Shown one piece after another: positions 17,634 to 26,865 of a DNA stretch of 64,000 nt. Positions within the stretch are counted from its first letter, which is position 1. Every line of letters begins with the position of its first letter. The position numbers and the translations under genes were made by a program. The notes under the pieces are model-generated. The model was given only the letters and a program-made list of their open reading frames with translations. It was not told where the DNA came from and did no database searches. The stretch comes from a virus: IMG/VR virus record IMGVR_UViG_3300032288_003288; one strand, given 5' to 3'.

Positions 17634-18719
17634 TCATAGCGAGAATCCCCTGAATGTATCTGCATCGACATCTTTTTTGACACCGCCGATGACATAGCTA
17701 GTGATCTCGGTTTCCTGTGGTGCCACTTGAACATCAGAGCCGCTGATCCACTTCTGTGTCCACGGCAACGGATTTGCACCTGGCTTACCGTTCAAGCCTA
17801 CTGCTCCCATTCTCTTGGCAGCGATATGATCTACGTATTCAGCGAGCAGCTGTTCGTTCAGACCGATCATCGATCCGTCCTTGAATAGATAACTCGCCCA
17901 AGCCTTTTCTTGGTCGACCACTTTGTAAAACATATCAATACACTCATCCCGTGTATCTTCCCGAATCTGTTCAAAGTCTGGATCTTCTTTTGGAAGAATC
18001 TTGAGGAGCTGCTGAGTTGAGGCAAGGTGAACGTTCTCGTCCCGTGCAATGAGTTTGATGATCTTAGCATTTCCCTCCATCTTCTTGACTTCGGCGAAAG
18101 CCCATGAGCATGCAAACGAGACATAGAACCGTACTCCTTCGAGCGCATTCACCGCATTGAGACAGAGCCAAAGAGCCCGCTTATGATGATACGTATCTTT
18201 CTTGTTTCCACCAAACAACGAGCGCTGATTGTTATGTGTGATCAGACGATCGTAATACTTGCTAATGTCCTGTGCGCAGTCTACGATTTCCGGAAGATCG
18301 AGCATCTCGTCGAAGACTTTCGACGGGTCGTTGTAGACGTTACGAATGATGTGAGTGTAGGACCGAGAATGTATCGTCTCAAAAAATGCCCACGTCTGGA
18401 TCCAGGTTTCAAGCTCAGGTATCGAACACACAGGAAGAAAAGCCATAGAAGGGGCTCGACCCTGCACGCTATCAAGAAGGATCTGACGTTTGAGATTCGA
18501 TGTGAAGATGTGTTTTTCATGGTCTGTTAATGCCTTAAAGTCCTTACTGTCGCGAGACAGATCGACCTCTTCTGGACGCCAGAAGAAGCCGAGTTGTTTC
18601 TCAGTAAGTTTTTCAAAAATAGAGTGACGCTGCTTGTCATAGCGAGCTATATTGACGGATTCTCCAAAGAAACACTTTTGCTCAGTTGCATCAAACTTAT
18701 TTGTATTGAATACGGTCAT
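17634..18719 (-). CDS. nrdB: Ribonucleotide reductase class Ia beta subunit
   Basis: FFWRPEE, LDSVQ, ETIHSRSY, LEGVRFYVSFA, RDENVH, APQETE. Confidence 0.98.
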   Translation of the reverse strand: MTVFNTNKFDATEQKCFFGESVNIARYDKQRHSIFEKLTEKQLGFFWRPEEVDLSRDSKDFKALTDHEKHIFTSNLKRQILLDSVQGRAPSMAFLPVCSIPELETWIQTWAFFETIHSRSYTHIIRNVYNDPSKVFDEMLDLPEIVDCAQDISKYYDRLITHNNQRSLFGGNKKDTYHHKRALWLCLNAVNALEGVRFYVSFACSWAFAEVKKMEGNAKIIKLIARDENVHLASTQQLLKILPKEDPDFEQIREDTRDECIDMFYKVVDQEKAWASYLFKDGSMIGLNEQLLAEYVDHIAAKRMGAVGLNGKPGANPLPWTQKWISGSDVQVAPQETEITSYVIGGVKKDVDADTFRGFSL

Positions 18720-19261
18720 TCAACTCTCCAGATACTTGTATTCAATTTAAGATCCTTTGGCCAATCGCCTTCTGTATATGACTTGTCGTGGAATCTCATC
18801 TCATTGGTCGGCATTATCGATAGTCGTCCATTGTCTAGCTGTAAAAACATAAACTCTTTAGACTGAGATGGATCTTGAGTGAATCCATCATACATGGGCA
18901 CTACTGTAAACAAGTATCTGCCCATATGATTACCATTTTTTACCTCTGCCCTCTGTCCGTTTAAGTAGTCGTACTTGACTACAGAAAACTGATCGCCGTA
19001 ACAATCCCAAATCTGACAGTCGAGTAGAGACCATTCGGGTTCAGGATTCTCAGAGAAAGCTATGGCATGCGGAGGAACTCCCCGATAGACTGCTCCACAT
19101 TCTAACATTACATGACATCCCCACGAATGTCCTGCTTTTGCATGTAAAGCAAACCAAATACACGATTCAAATGTATTTGGTTTAGCGTTTTTTCTAATAA
19201 AAGAAGAGTCTACATAACAGTATATGTGGTGTGGAATATTACCAGAACCGGTGTAAAGCAT
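18716..19261 (-). CDS. Conserved phage hypothetical protein
   Basis: GAVYRGVPPHA, QIWDC, LDNG...PTN; between nrdA and nrdB. Confidence 0.75.
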   Translation of the reverse strand: MLYTGSGNIPHHIYCYVDSSFIRKNAKPNTFESCIWFALHAKAGHSWGCHVMLECGAVYRGVPPHAIAFSENPEPEWSLLDCQIWDCYGDQFSVVKYDYLNGQRAEVKNGNHMGRYLFTVVPMYDGFTQDPSQSKEFMFLQLDNGRLSIMPTNEMRFHDKSYTEGDWPKDLKLNTSIWRVE

Positions 19262-19265
19262 TTAA

Positions 19266-19451
19266 TTAATAGACCCATTCGATAGAGTGATAAGCGACAG
19301 TGCGTCTAAAACGATTGCCCCGATATTCTAATACTAACTCTACAGCCGTACTATCTTCTCTTCGCGAGTACTGCAGAACTCTATATATCTTTCCGATGTC
19401 GTCCCAAGAATCGTTGTTGATACGAATCTTATCGGTAACTAGATCGTGCAT
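19266..19451 (-). CDS. Hypothetical protein
   Basis: 61-aa ORF overlapping nrdA stop. Confidence 0.55.
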   Translation of the reverse strand: MHDLVTDKIRINNDSWDDIGKIYRVLQYSRREDSTAVELVLEYRGNRFRRTVAYHSIEWVY

Positions 19452-21712
19452 GAATCGCAGTCATCTTGACTAATTTGCCCAACAGCAAGAGGTTCTTCGA
19501 TCTTCATCTCACCAGAACCATCGAACGTGTTGAAGTAGTACAGAGTCTTGCCTCCATACTTATAGTGCATCAGAATGTGCTTAAGCATCTCAGACATCGG
19601 GATCTTCTCGTCTTCATAGTGACGAGGATTATATGACGTGTTGACCGAGATAGCCTGGTCGATAAACTTCTGCAAGACTGCCATGATCTTGAGATACCCT
19701 TCGGGAGAAGGTTGATCCCAAAGCAACTCGTACTTGTTCTTAAGACGCTTGAGCTCAGGCACCACCTGCTTCATGACTCCGTCCTTCGATTGCTTGATCG
19801 AGACGAGTGCACGAGGAGGTTCGATGCCGTTGGTCGAGTTACTGATCTGGGCAGAAGTTTCTGAAGGCATCAGAGCCATCAACGTGGAGTTGCGAATACC
19901 CCATTGATTAGCTCGAAACGCCAGAGCATCCCAATCCATCTTATATTCTGGAGCGACTAGCTCGTCTACTTCTTTCTTGTAAGTATCAATCGGCATAATG
20001 CCAGAGCCATACTTAGTGTCGACGAACTTAGGACACGGCTTCGTCTCTTCTGCCAGATCTACTGAAGCTTTGATCAAGTAATAGGACCAAGCCTCGGCGT
20101 ATTCATGAACCAGATCAAGGTTAGGATTGGAATAAGTGCTATCATTCTTAGCCAACCAATAGGCGAAATTAATAATGCCAATTCCAAGAGGGCGGCGAGC
20201 CATAGTACCCAATTGGGCAGCTCGAATCGGGTAACTTTGGTAATCGAGGAGCGCGTCGAGTGCTCTAACGGCAATCGTACACGGCTTCTCAAAGTCACTA
20301 GGCTTCTTGATTTTGCCCCAGTTGATGGCTGCAAGTGTACAGAGTGAAATCTCTCCATCTTCATCATGAACATCCTTTAGTGGAGTTGTAGGCAGTGTGA
20401 TCTCGCAACAGAGATTAGACATCTTGATAAGCGCCTTGTCCTTATCAAACGAGCCATGATCGTTGGCATGATCAACATTCATCAGATAGATTCGTCCAGT
20501 ATCCTTACGTTCGGTGACGAATGCACTAAATAGATCGATGGCTGGGACGACTTTCTTTCTGATCTTTGTGCTTCTCTCATACTTCTCATAGAGTGTACGG
20601 AACGCATCAACATCTCGAAAGAACGCTTCGTAGAGATCCGGGCAATCATGAGGTGAGAAGAGGGTGATATTACCTCCAGCCAAAAGTCTTTCATACATCA
20701 CCTTATTGAACTGAACGCCATAGTCTAGATGACGTATGCGATTGTCTTCAGTGCCTTTGTTGTTCTTCAGGACAAGAAGATCTTCCACTTCGTAATGCCA
20801 GATGGGATAATAGAGTGTCGCCGCTCCACCTCGGACACCGCCTTGGCTACAGCTCTTAACAGCAGATTGAAAATGCTTCCAAAAAGGAATAACGCCAGTG
20901 TGACTAGCATCACCATAGCGAATAGGAGATCCAATAGCCCTAATACGACCAGCACCAATCCCAATTCCAGCTTTCTGACTAACGTACTTGACGATCGAGG
21001 AGGATGTTGCATTTATGGAATCCAATGAGTCGTCAGTCTCGATAAGTACACACGAGCTAAACTGACGTTGAGGGGACCGAACTCCTGCCATGATAGGAGT
21101 AGGAAGGCTAATATCAAATGTACTGATAGCATCATACAAATCCTTTACCCACTTAATACGATCTTTCTTATAGTTCTGAAACAACGTCATAGCAATGAGC
21201 ATGAACGCCATCTGAGGCGTCTCATAGTATTTACCTGTGACGCGATTTTTGATGAGATACTTGCCACGAAACTGTTCCATGGCAGCATAAGTTAACAGGT
21301 TATCGCGGTCATGGTCGATGTACCGATCGAGTTCCTGCCACTCTTCGGGAGAATATGCATCATAGATCGCCCAGTCATAGTAACCAGCAGTAGCTACTTC
21401 AAAGTAGTGTGTGATCAGAGACATTGGTTCATACTGACCATACACTTCTTTACGAAGGTGGTAGTTGATCAGACGACCAGCAACGTACTGATAGTTGGGG
21501 TTCTCTTCGGAAATCAAGTCAGCAGCAGCCTTGATCAGAGTCTCCTGAATGTCAGAAGACTTGATGCCGTTATAAAACTGAATGTGAGTCTTTATTTCTA
21601 GATCTGATACTGATACACCAGTCAGGCCTTCGCAAGCATGAGAAGCAACCTTATGGAACTTATTGATGTCTAGTGGTTCTTTAGTTCCATCACGCTTGGT
21701 TACTTGAATCAT
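19439..21712 (-). CDS. nrdA: Ribonucleotide reductase class Ia alpha subunit
   Basis: ATP cone (VTKRDG), QFSSCVL, SNLCCEI, KTLYY, C-terminal CDSC. Confidence 0.98.
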   Translation of the reverse strand: MIQVTKRDGTKEPLDINKFHKVASHACEGLTGVSVSDLEIKTHIQFYNGIKSSDIQETLIKAAADLISEENPNYQYVAGRLINYHLRKEVYGQYEPMSLITHYFEVATAGYYDWAIYDAYSPEEWQELDRYIDHDRDNLLTYAAMEQFRGKYLIKNRVTGKYYETPQMAFMLIAMTLFQNYKKDRIKWVKDLYDAISTFDISLPTPIMAGVRSPQRQFSSCVLIETDDSLDSINATSSSIVKYVSQKAGIGIGAGRIRAIGSPIRYGDASHTGVIPFWKHFQSAVKSCSQGGVRGGAATLYYPIWHYEVEDLLVLKNNKGTEDNRIRHLDYGVQFNKVMYERLLAGGNITLFSPHDCPDLYEAFFRDVDAFRTLYEKYERSTKIRKKVVPAIDLFSAFVTERKDTGRIYLMNVDHANDHGSFDKDKALIKMSNLCCEITLPTTPLKDVHDEDGEISLCTLAAINWGKIKKPSDFEKPCTIAVRALDALLDYQSYPIRAAQLGTMARRPLGIGIINFAYWLAKNDSTYSNPNLDLVHEYAEAWSYYLIKASVDLAEETKPCPKFVDTKYGSGIMPIDTYKKEVDELVAPEYKMDWDALAFRANQWGIRNSTLMALMPSETSAQISNSTNGIEPPRALVSIKQSKDGVMKQVVPELKRLKNKYELLWDQPSPEGYLKIMAVLQKFIDQAISVNTSYNPRHYEDEKIPMSEMLKHILMHYKYGGKTLYYFNTFDGSGEMKIEEPLAVGQISQDDCDSCTI

Positions 21713-21863
21713 TCTCTCTGCTCTCTCTTAAAATAATAGTTCCGTCAGTTTCAACGATAAAGACCATGTTGGTGCCTTCATCCCATCCCATTTTTTCTAG
21801 AAGTTCAGGAGGTAATTCTATATATAACTCTCCGTCTTCATTTTCTTTGACTATCAGTTTCAT
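21690..21863 (-). CDS. AbrB/MazE-like small protein (57 aa)
   Basis: DGELYIELPPELLEKMGWDEGT..F pattern. Confidence 0.65.
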   Translation of the reverse strand: MKLIVKENEDGELYIELPPELLEKMGWDEGTNMVFIVETDGTIILRESRENDSSNQA

Positions 21864-21866
21864 ATT

Positions 21867-22025
21867 TCACCAGTGCCTTATAGCGTTTGCGACAATAAAA
21901 ATGTTCGTGATTACTGCTTGTATAATTAAAAATGTTCGAACCCAGGCAACTCGATCAGATTCATTGTCACAGTCCGATGCCTTCTCTCCTAGCGCTTTGA
22001 ACCAAATTCGTTTCCATGATTTCAT
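21867..22025 (-). CDS. Small conserved membrane protein (52 aa)
   Basis: MKSWKRIWFKALGEKA..DRVAWVRT..ITNIFIVANAIRHW; ATGA overlap with thyX stop. Confidence 0.7.
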   Translation of the reverse strand: MKSWKRIWFKALGEKASDCDNESDRVAWVRTFLIIQAVITNIFIVANAIRHW

Positions 22026-22726
22026 GGAAGTTTACTTTCGAAGTCTTTCCACATTGCAATCTCTGCAACTGCATCACGGATATCTGGGAAATGTTGCATG
22101 ATAATTTTCCAGCACTGCTCGGCTACGATGCGATGTTCCTTCTGTGTGGCCTTATCCGTACGAAGCTGACAGTAGTGAACCCACGATCGAAGCGATCCGC
22201 TCATGATCATGACCGACTCAGTGTTACCCTCAGGAAGAACAGCTCGAGCTTGCTCCTTGGCGATGCCGCGCTCTGTGGCCCACTGATATGCAAACTGCGC
22301 TGCATTGATAGCTTGCTGCTGGACTACATTCCACTCTTCGGCCAGTCGGTTTTCATCTGGAGTCAGTTCGACCGAATTCTGTCGATTCTTGGCATCTTGC
22401 AGTCTGGCTTCCCGTCTAACAAATCCAAGATCCTTGGTTGGATCAGCGTAACGCTGACTGTACTCTTGGAATGAGAAAGAACGATGCCGCAAGATCTGGC
22501 GGGCGATATCTCGGGTGGTCTTGATTTCCATTGAGACATGAACCATCTCCAAAGGTGACCAGTGCTGGTTCTTGATGAGATACTGCACAAGCTTAGATGC
22601 AGTGGCGGTATTGTTTTGATTTGATGGGTTGGATACACGAGCACTCCATGCCACCAGTTCATTTGCAGTAGCACAACCAGTATAGGCGCTAGGCTTAGTA
22701 AGACCGATTAGATTTACTTCACTCAC
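22022..22726 (-). CDS. thyX: FAD-dependent thymidylate synthase
   Basis: HWSPLE, QILRHRSFSFQEYSQRY, EQARAVLP, TQKEHR. Confidence 0.97.
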   Translation of the reverse strand: MSEVNLIGLTKPSAYTGCATANELVAWSARVSNPSNQNNTATASKLVQYLIKNQHWSPLEMVHVSMEIKTTRDIARQILRHRSFSFQEYSQRYADPTKDLGFVRREARLQDAKNRQNSVELTPDENRLAEEWNVVQQQAINAAQFAYQWATERGIAKEQARAVLPEGNTESVMIMSGSLRSWVHYCQLRTDKATQKEHRIVAEQCWKIIMQHFPDIRDAVAEIAMWKDFESKLP

Positions 22727-22905
22727 TTAATAACTCCATACATAAGAGGCTCAAATAACTCTGGCTCACCGATCTCGTCGAAAAATAATTTCATCAGCTG
22801 ATCACCCACCGGCTTTTTATCAGATTCGGTAGTTTCAAGTAGAGTTTTTTCCCGACGTCGAATAATTTCAATATAAAATAGCATTTTCTTCTGATTTTCA
22901 GTCAC
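22723..22905 (-). CDS. Hypothetical protein
   Basis: Coupled small ORF. Confidence 0.55.
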   Translation of the reverse strand: MTENQKKMLFYIEIIRRREKTLLETTESDKKPVGDQLMKLFFDEIGEPELFEPLMYGVIK

Positions 22906-23086
22906 TTACAAAACTCCTCAAAAGACGCTGTAGTTCAATATCATGTGCAGCTTGTAGACTCTCTACTTCAGAGAGTTGGGACTTAGTCAATGTTTGCTTG
23001 ACAATTTTGCCTCCTGCTAGACGACCATTCATGATAACTTCATCAGACCAAAACAAATTAACTAGATCAAAATATTCCTCAGGCAT
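22898..23086 (-). CDS. Hypothetical protein
   Basis: Coupled small ORF. Confidence 0.55.
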   Translation of the reverse strand: MPEEYFDLVNLFWSDEVIMNGRLAGGKIVKQTLTKSQLSEVESLQAAHDIELQRLLRSFVSD

Positions 23087-23451
23087 TAAATAAAATCCTC
23101 TAGAGTTGCTGATGTCATGCCGATGTGATAGGGCTTCTTACGTCGAATCATGTTCTCGATCATGTTACGAGTGCCGCGAGATTCTCCATCCCAGATAATG
23201 ATGGCTGCGTCTGCATAGATCGCCATGTCTCGATTACGAATTGGACCTGCGCTGTTGCCGTGGCTGTTCCAGTTAGCAGGCATCTCCTTGATAGGAATAT
23301 TATTAGTTCTTGCCCACTGTTCGCCGAGTCTATCTACTCCGACAGCACAACCTGTGACGACTTCTGTGATGTCGTATCCAGAACTTTGAATGGTTTTTAC
23401 GACGAGAGCATAGTCTTCGATGTTACGAGAACCTGCAATGATGACCTTCAT
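23086..23451 (-). CDS. SLOG-family (DUF2493/YspA-like) protein
   Basis: IIAGSR, VTGCAVGVD, AGPIRN..M, WDGESRGT. Confidence 0.88.
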   Translation of the reverse strand: MKVIIAGSRNIEDYALVVKTIQSSGYDITEVVTGCAVGVDRLGEQWARTNNIPIKEMPANWNSHGNSAGPIRNRDMAIYADAAIIIWDGESRGTRNMIENMIRRKKPYHIGMTSATLEDFI

Positions 23452-23717
23452 TACTCTACCTCAAAAGTCTTTACTGTCTGGAACCGAGTCTTGGACACGA
23501 ACTTGGCAGTGCGCAGAAACTCTACACGTTCGCGAGCATCCGTGTAGTCGACGTACTTGCCGTCGTTGAACCACCACCAGCGATCGAGGCCCAAGATCCA
23601 ACGAGGCTTGCGGCGATACTCTACCAACCATTGACCGTCTGTTCTAAAGATGCGGAGTTTGGTAATTTCGATCTGATCAAACTCCACGCCGTATTCATTT
23701 GTTACTGGCTCTGTCAT
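23451..23717 (-). CDS. Hypothetical protein
   Basis: Coupled ORF. Confidence 0.65.
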   Translation of the reverse strand: MTEPVTNEYGVEFDQIEITKLRIFRTDGQWLVEYRRKPRWILGLDRWWWFNDGKYVDYTDARERVEFLRTAKFVSKTRFQTVKTFEVE

Positions 23718-23974
23718 TAGTTTGCTCCATTTCCACGATGCGCAAAGAAGTCAGGACTGTAATACACCTTCCTCGGATTGAGGCTTTCTTGGTGTAGCGA
23801 GTTGACACTGTTTGCTGCAATGACTGTGACGCGAGAAGCAAACTCTTCTCCTCGAAGTTCGACGATCATTGCTCGGTTCTTTTCAATCATGTCGTAGTTA
23901 TAACATACCCAATAGATCTCATCTTGAATCGTCTCAGGTATTTTCATGATGGCATTGGTGATGGCTTCGCTCAT
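23717..23974 (-). CDS. Hypothetical protein
   Basis: Coupled ORF; start set to MSEAIT. Confidence 0.6.
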   Translation of the reverse strand: MSEAITNAIMKIPETIQDEIYWVCYNYDMIEKNRAMIVELRGEEFASRVTVIAANSVNSLHQESLNPRKVYYSPDFFAHRGNGAN

Positions 23975-24993
23975 GAATCTTTTCTCCATACGGCCAAGCG
24001 CATCTTGGCCTGCAAATCTTTGTAGGTATTCTGATCGATCATCTGTCTGATAGTGTCAGGACTCATTCCCGCCATTACCATGTCGTTGATGTCCTTGTAC
24101 ACTAGGCCGTCAGGCCAAATACACACATTATACTTATTTGCTATGGCCGCTTCGATCTTCTTGACGGTGTCTTTGCTGCGAGGTTCGTTGTCGTATACCA
24201 CTACTGTATTACCAGTATCGATAAAAGTACATCTTTTTATCTCATTTTCTATCTTACCGCCGCACGAGGCCAGGCTGTTTGGAATAAACATGGCGTCGAT
24301 GGGACCTTCGAACACGTATACAGTCTTGTCAGGATCCACGGCATCGAGACCAAACAATTTAGGTTTACTCTCGTCGACGATTATGGTAATGTACTTGAGT
24401 GGATCGTCTTTCTTGAACGATCTGCCCTGAAACCCGATGATCTCTCCGTCCTTGTCCAGCATAGGGATCACCAGACGAGGCTCATCCTTTGTAATGTCCA
24501 CATACTTGTCAGAACGAACCGAGTTGACCCACTTCTTAAACTTAGGAGCGAAGTAGAGCTTGTAGTGCATGTTAGAAGGGATCGCTCGCTTCTCGACGTA
24601 TGCCTTGACAGGATGCCCGACTTCGAGCTGAGATACCTTACGCAGCGACTTGAGGATCTTGATGTCTGCATACTTGATAGGAGTCTTCTTCGGCGGAGGC
24701 ACAGAGACGTGCCGCGTCCCTCCATTTTCTGCCATAAACTCGAGCGTATACTCCTTATGAAGGATCGGGTCGAGTGTATAGAGAAACTTAGAGAACCGCA
24801 TCGATGCGTTGCAGTTGTGACAGTAGAACCGAGTCTTGTCGCCGTTAGATAGGATCCAACCGCGAGCCTTGGACTGGTTTTTCTTTGAATCTCCGCAGAT
24901 AGGGCAACGGAAGTTGAAGTTGCCGCCCACCCTCTTAAATCTGTCGAGGCGGGCCGAGAGAAGATTACTGTATTTTGTATCGAGCCAATTCAT
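23971..24993 (-). CDS. gp61: DNA primase, T4 gp61 family
   Basis: FRCPICGDS..KARG, CHNC, GFQGR, EGPIDAMF, DNEPR, KDINDM. Confidence 0.97.
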   Translation of the reverse strand: MNWLDTKYSNLLSARLDRFKRVGGNFNFRCPICGDSKKNQSKARGWILSNGDKTRFYCHNCNASMRFSKFLYTLDPILHKEYTLEFMAENGGTRHVSVPPPKKTPIKYADIKILKSLRKVSQLEVGHPVKAYVEKRAIPSNMHYKLYFAPKFKKWVNSVRSDKYVDITKDEPRLVIPMLDKDGEIIGFQGRSFKKDDPLKYITIIVDESKPKLFGLDAVDPDKTVYVFEGPIDAMFIPNSLASCGGKIENEIKRCTFIDTGNTVVVYDNEPRSKDTVKKIEAAIANKYNVCIWPDGLVYKDINDMVMAGMSPDTIRQMIDQNTYKDLQAKMRLAVWRKDS

Positions 24994-25016
24994 ATCTACT
25001 CCAATGACGATAACTC

Positions 25017-25045
25017 ATTATACGCCTAGGAGCTGAAGATGTAAA
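25017..25045 (-). promoter_or_regulatory. Phage early-type promoter
   Basis: TTTACA-N17-TATAAT. Confidence 0.7.
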
Positions 25046-25050
25046 TGTTT

Positions 25051-25521
25051 TTAGAAGAGACTTGAGAAATTAATTTGACCGATCACGTAGCTGATAATTG
25101 CTGCCCCGCCCACGGCGATCCAGATCAGCTTTTCCAAAGTAGTTATGCGAGTACTCAGGCTCTCGTGTTGCTTGGTAGACTCTACACGGAGCTCTTTGAT
25201 CTCTTTCATGATATCGTCGTATTGCTTGTCTATCTTTTCTGACATTTGTTTTTCACCTGAAGAGATGCGACCATGAAGCTGCTGTATCTTATTATCGTTT
25301 TCCACCCTTCTACTTTCAACTAGATCAATGGTGCTCTTTGTTAGAATCTCTTGACTCGTTAGTTTGGCTTCATGGACGGCCAGAAGTTTCGAAACTCCAG
25401 TAGAAATGTCTGTCAACTTTTCAAGAGTAGAGTCGAGGCGGTCTACGAGTAGACCGACCTTAGCCATATCTTGTTGCAAGTCAGTAACGTCTTCTTTGAT
25501 TTTCTGAACGTCAGCGACCAT
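25051..25521 (-). CDS. Coiled-coil protein with C-terminal TM helix
   Basis: LLAVHE..L, RITTLEKLIWIAVGGA; start set to MVADVQ. Confidence 0.75.
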   Translation of the reverse strand: MVADVQKIKEDVTDLQQDMAKVGLLVDRLDSTLEKLTDISTGVSKLLAVHEAKLTSQEILTKSTIDLVESRRVENDNKIQQLHGRISSGEKQMSEKIDKQYDDIMKEIKELRVESTKQHESLSTRITTLEKLIWIAVGGAAIISYVIGQINFSSLF

Positions 25522-25522
25522 T

Positions 25523-25756
25523 TTATTCGATTGGATCCACTGGTTTTCTAGGAGCAAACTTCTCTACACCAGTAAAACCAAACCCTGCGATGACGATCAT
25601 CATGACAGCATCGATTAGATTGTCGTCGACGTTGTAGTCCCAAAATAGATTGGCGACATAACCCACCATGACAAGAAAGGCGCACAGGACGGTAACCACT
25701 CTCTTGGTGGATGGGACGCCTGCTGCATCGCCTAGCATTTTAGCTAAGTAGTTCAT
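25523..25756 (-). CDS. Two-TM membrane protein, holin candidate
   Basis: STKRVV + two TM segments + EKF; near spanins. Confidence 0.65.
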   Translation of the reverse strand: MNYLAKMLGDAAGVPSTKRVVTVLCAFLVMVGYVANLFWDYNVDDNLIDAVMMIVIAGFGFTGVEKFAPRKPVDPIE

Positions 25757-25811
25757 GATTGACTCCGATTTCTGTTATCATAATGAATCAACCATCAAAT
25801 AACATTTTTAT

Positions 25812-26096
25812 TTATTTCTTTTTACGACCCGGCCGATTCTTGCCTTTGACTGCGTCGACTACGTCTGCTGCCTGATCAACTACTTCTGCTGCAGCTTCCT
25901 TGATATCTACTAGCTCTTCTTTAACACGCTTAGCACGACGCTTGGTTTCTGCTTTAGCTTCGTTGATGATCCTATTAGCATCTTTGATCTTAGCTTCTGC
26001 AACTGCTTGAGCTACAGCTGCGTCTTCTGCTGTAATGCGACCGTCATTGTTTAAATCAAAAATCGCTTTGATCTTTTCCCATAGATTCTTTAACAT
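25812..26096 (-). CDS. Hypothetical protein with EF-hand-like loop
   Basis: DLNNDGRITAED. Confidence 0.65.
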   Translation of the reverse strand: MLKNLWEKIKAIFDLNNDGRITAEDAAVAQAVAEAKIKDANRIINEAKAETKRRAKRVKEELVDIKEAAAEVVDQAADVVDAVKGKNRPGRKKK

Positions 26097-26097
26097 G

Positions 26098-26352
26098 TTA
26101 TACCTTCCCCGTTCCTCTCGATAGTGCGTTAGAAATCAATCTACGCGCAGTTTGCATGAGCAAATCATTCCCGTTACTCATGTTCATTATCACCAAAGCG
26201 GCCAGAACCATCAAGACTCCTGTCTTGTTTGGATCTTTGGCGCTCGAGAACCTCTGCAGAGCCATAGCTGCCATGCTAGCATAGGCTTTCTTGCTATTTA
26301 GGTCTCCGACCTGAGTAAGGCTATACTCGTTGTCGTCTTCTCTCGGTGTCAT
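26098..26352 (-). CDS. Hypothetical protein
   Basis: Coupled ORF. Confidence 0.6.
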   Translation of the reverse strand: MTPREDDNEYSLTQVGDLNSKKAYASMAAMALQRFSSAKDPNKTGVLMVLAALVIMNMSNGNDLLMQTARRLISNALSRGTGKV

Positions 26353-26864
26353 TTGTTTTTCTTTTCTTCTGCCATCTCATCTACGGCGCGCTTATTGTCA
26401 TTGATCCATTGTTGCAAACTTGTAAGTTGTTGACTGTTTTGCAGGCATCTGTTGTAGTTGCCGATGATTCCGAGGAGGGCTTGAGTGTCCGTAACTCCTG
26501 AGGGGGACGCATCAGAAGCTCTGGAGGCGTCGGCATCACTGGATGTGGCACTAATGTCGTGCGTGTACACCCAGCCGTTAGACATAACAGACTGACTAGG
26601 CACACTGTTTTGAGCGATGTCACGATAGACATATTCTTTTTCCCTAATAGTGTTGACTCTATCAACGTATTCTGTGACTACGTTGTTACTGATCTCTGCG
26701 TTCTTCTTTTCGAGCTCGGCGATCTGTTCAGACTTTTCAGCTGCAAATCTAGCCAGCTCTGCTTCAGCGTATGCAGATCCCTTCATGTACCCAAACACGA
26801 ATACACCCACAATGATTGCGGCAGCCGCTAATAATTTATATGGGAGTGGGATCATACCGAGCAT
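26349..26864 (-). CDS. Inner-membrane spanin (Rz-like)
   Basis: N-terminal TM, coiled coil, C-terminal NYNRC..N..QL..LQ.W; start MLGMIP. Confidence 0.8.
   Translation of the reverse strand: MLGMIPLPYKLLAAAAIIVGVFVFGYMKGSAYAEAELARFAAEKSEQIAELEKKNAEISNNVVTEYVDRVNTIREKEYVYRDIAQNSVPSQSVMSNGWVYTHDISATSSDADASRASDASPSGVTDTQALLGIIGNYNRCLQNSQQLTSLQQWINDNKRAVDEMAEEKKNK
26381..26632 (-). CDS. Outer-membrane lipoprotein spanin (Rz1-like), embedded in Rz
   Basis: Lipobox LTAG-C followed by Pro-rich TRTTLVPHPVMPTPPELLMRPPQEL, alternate frame inside Rz. Confidence 0.8.
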   Translation of the reverse strand: MSIVTSLKTVCLVSLLCLTAGCTRTTLVPHPVMPTPPELLMRPPQELRTLKPSSESSATTTDACKTVNNLQVCNNGSMTISAP

Positions 26865-26865
26865 A

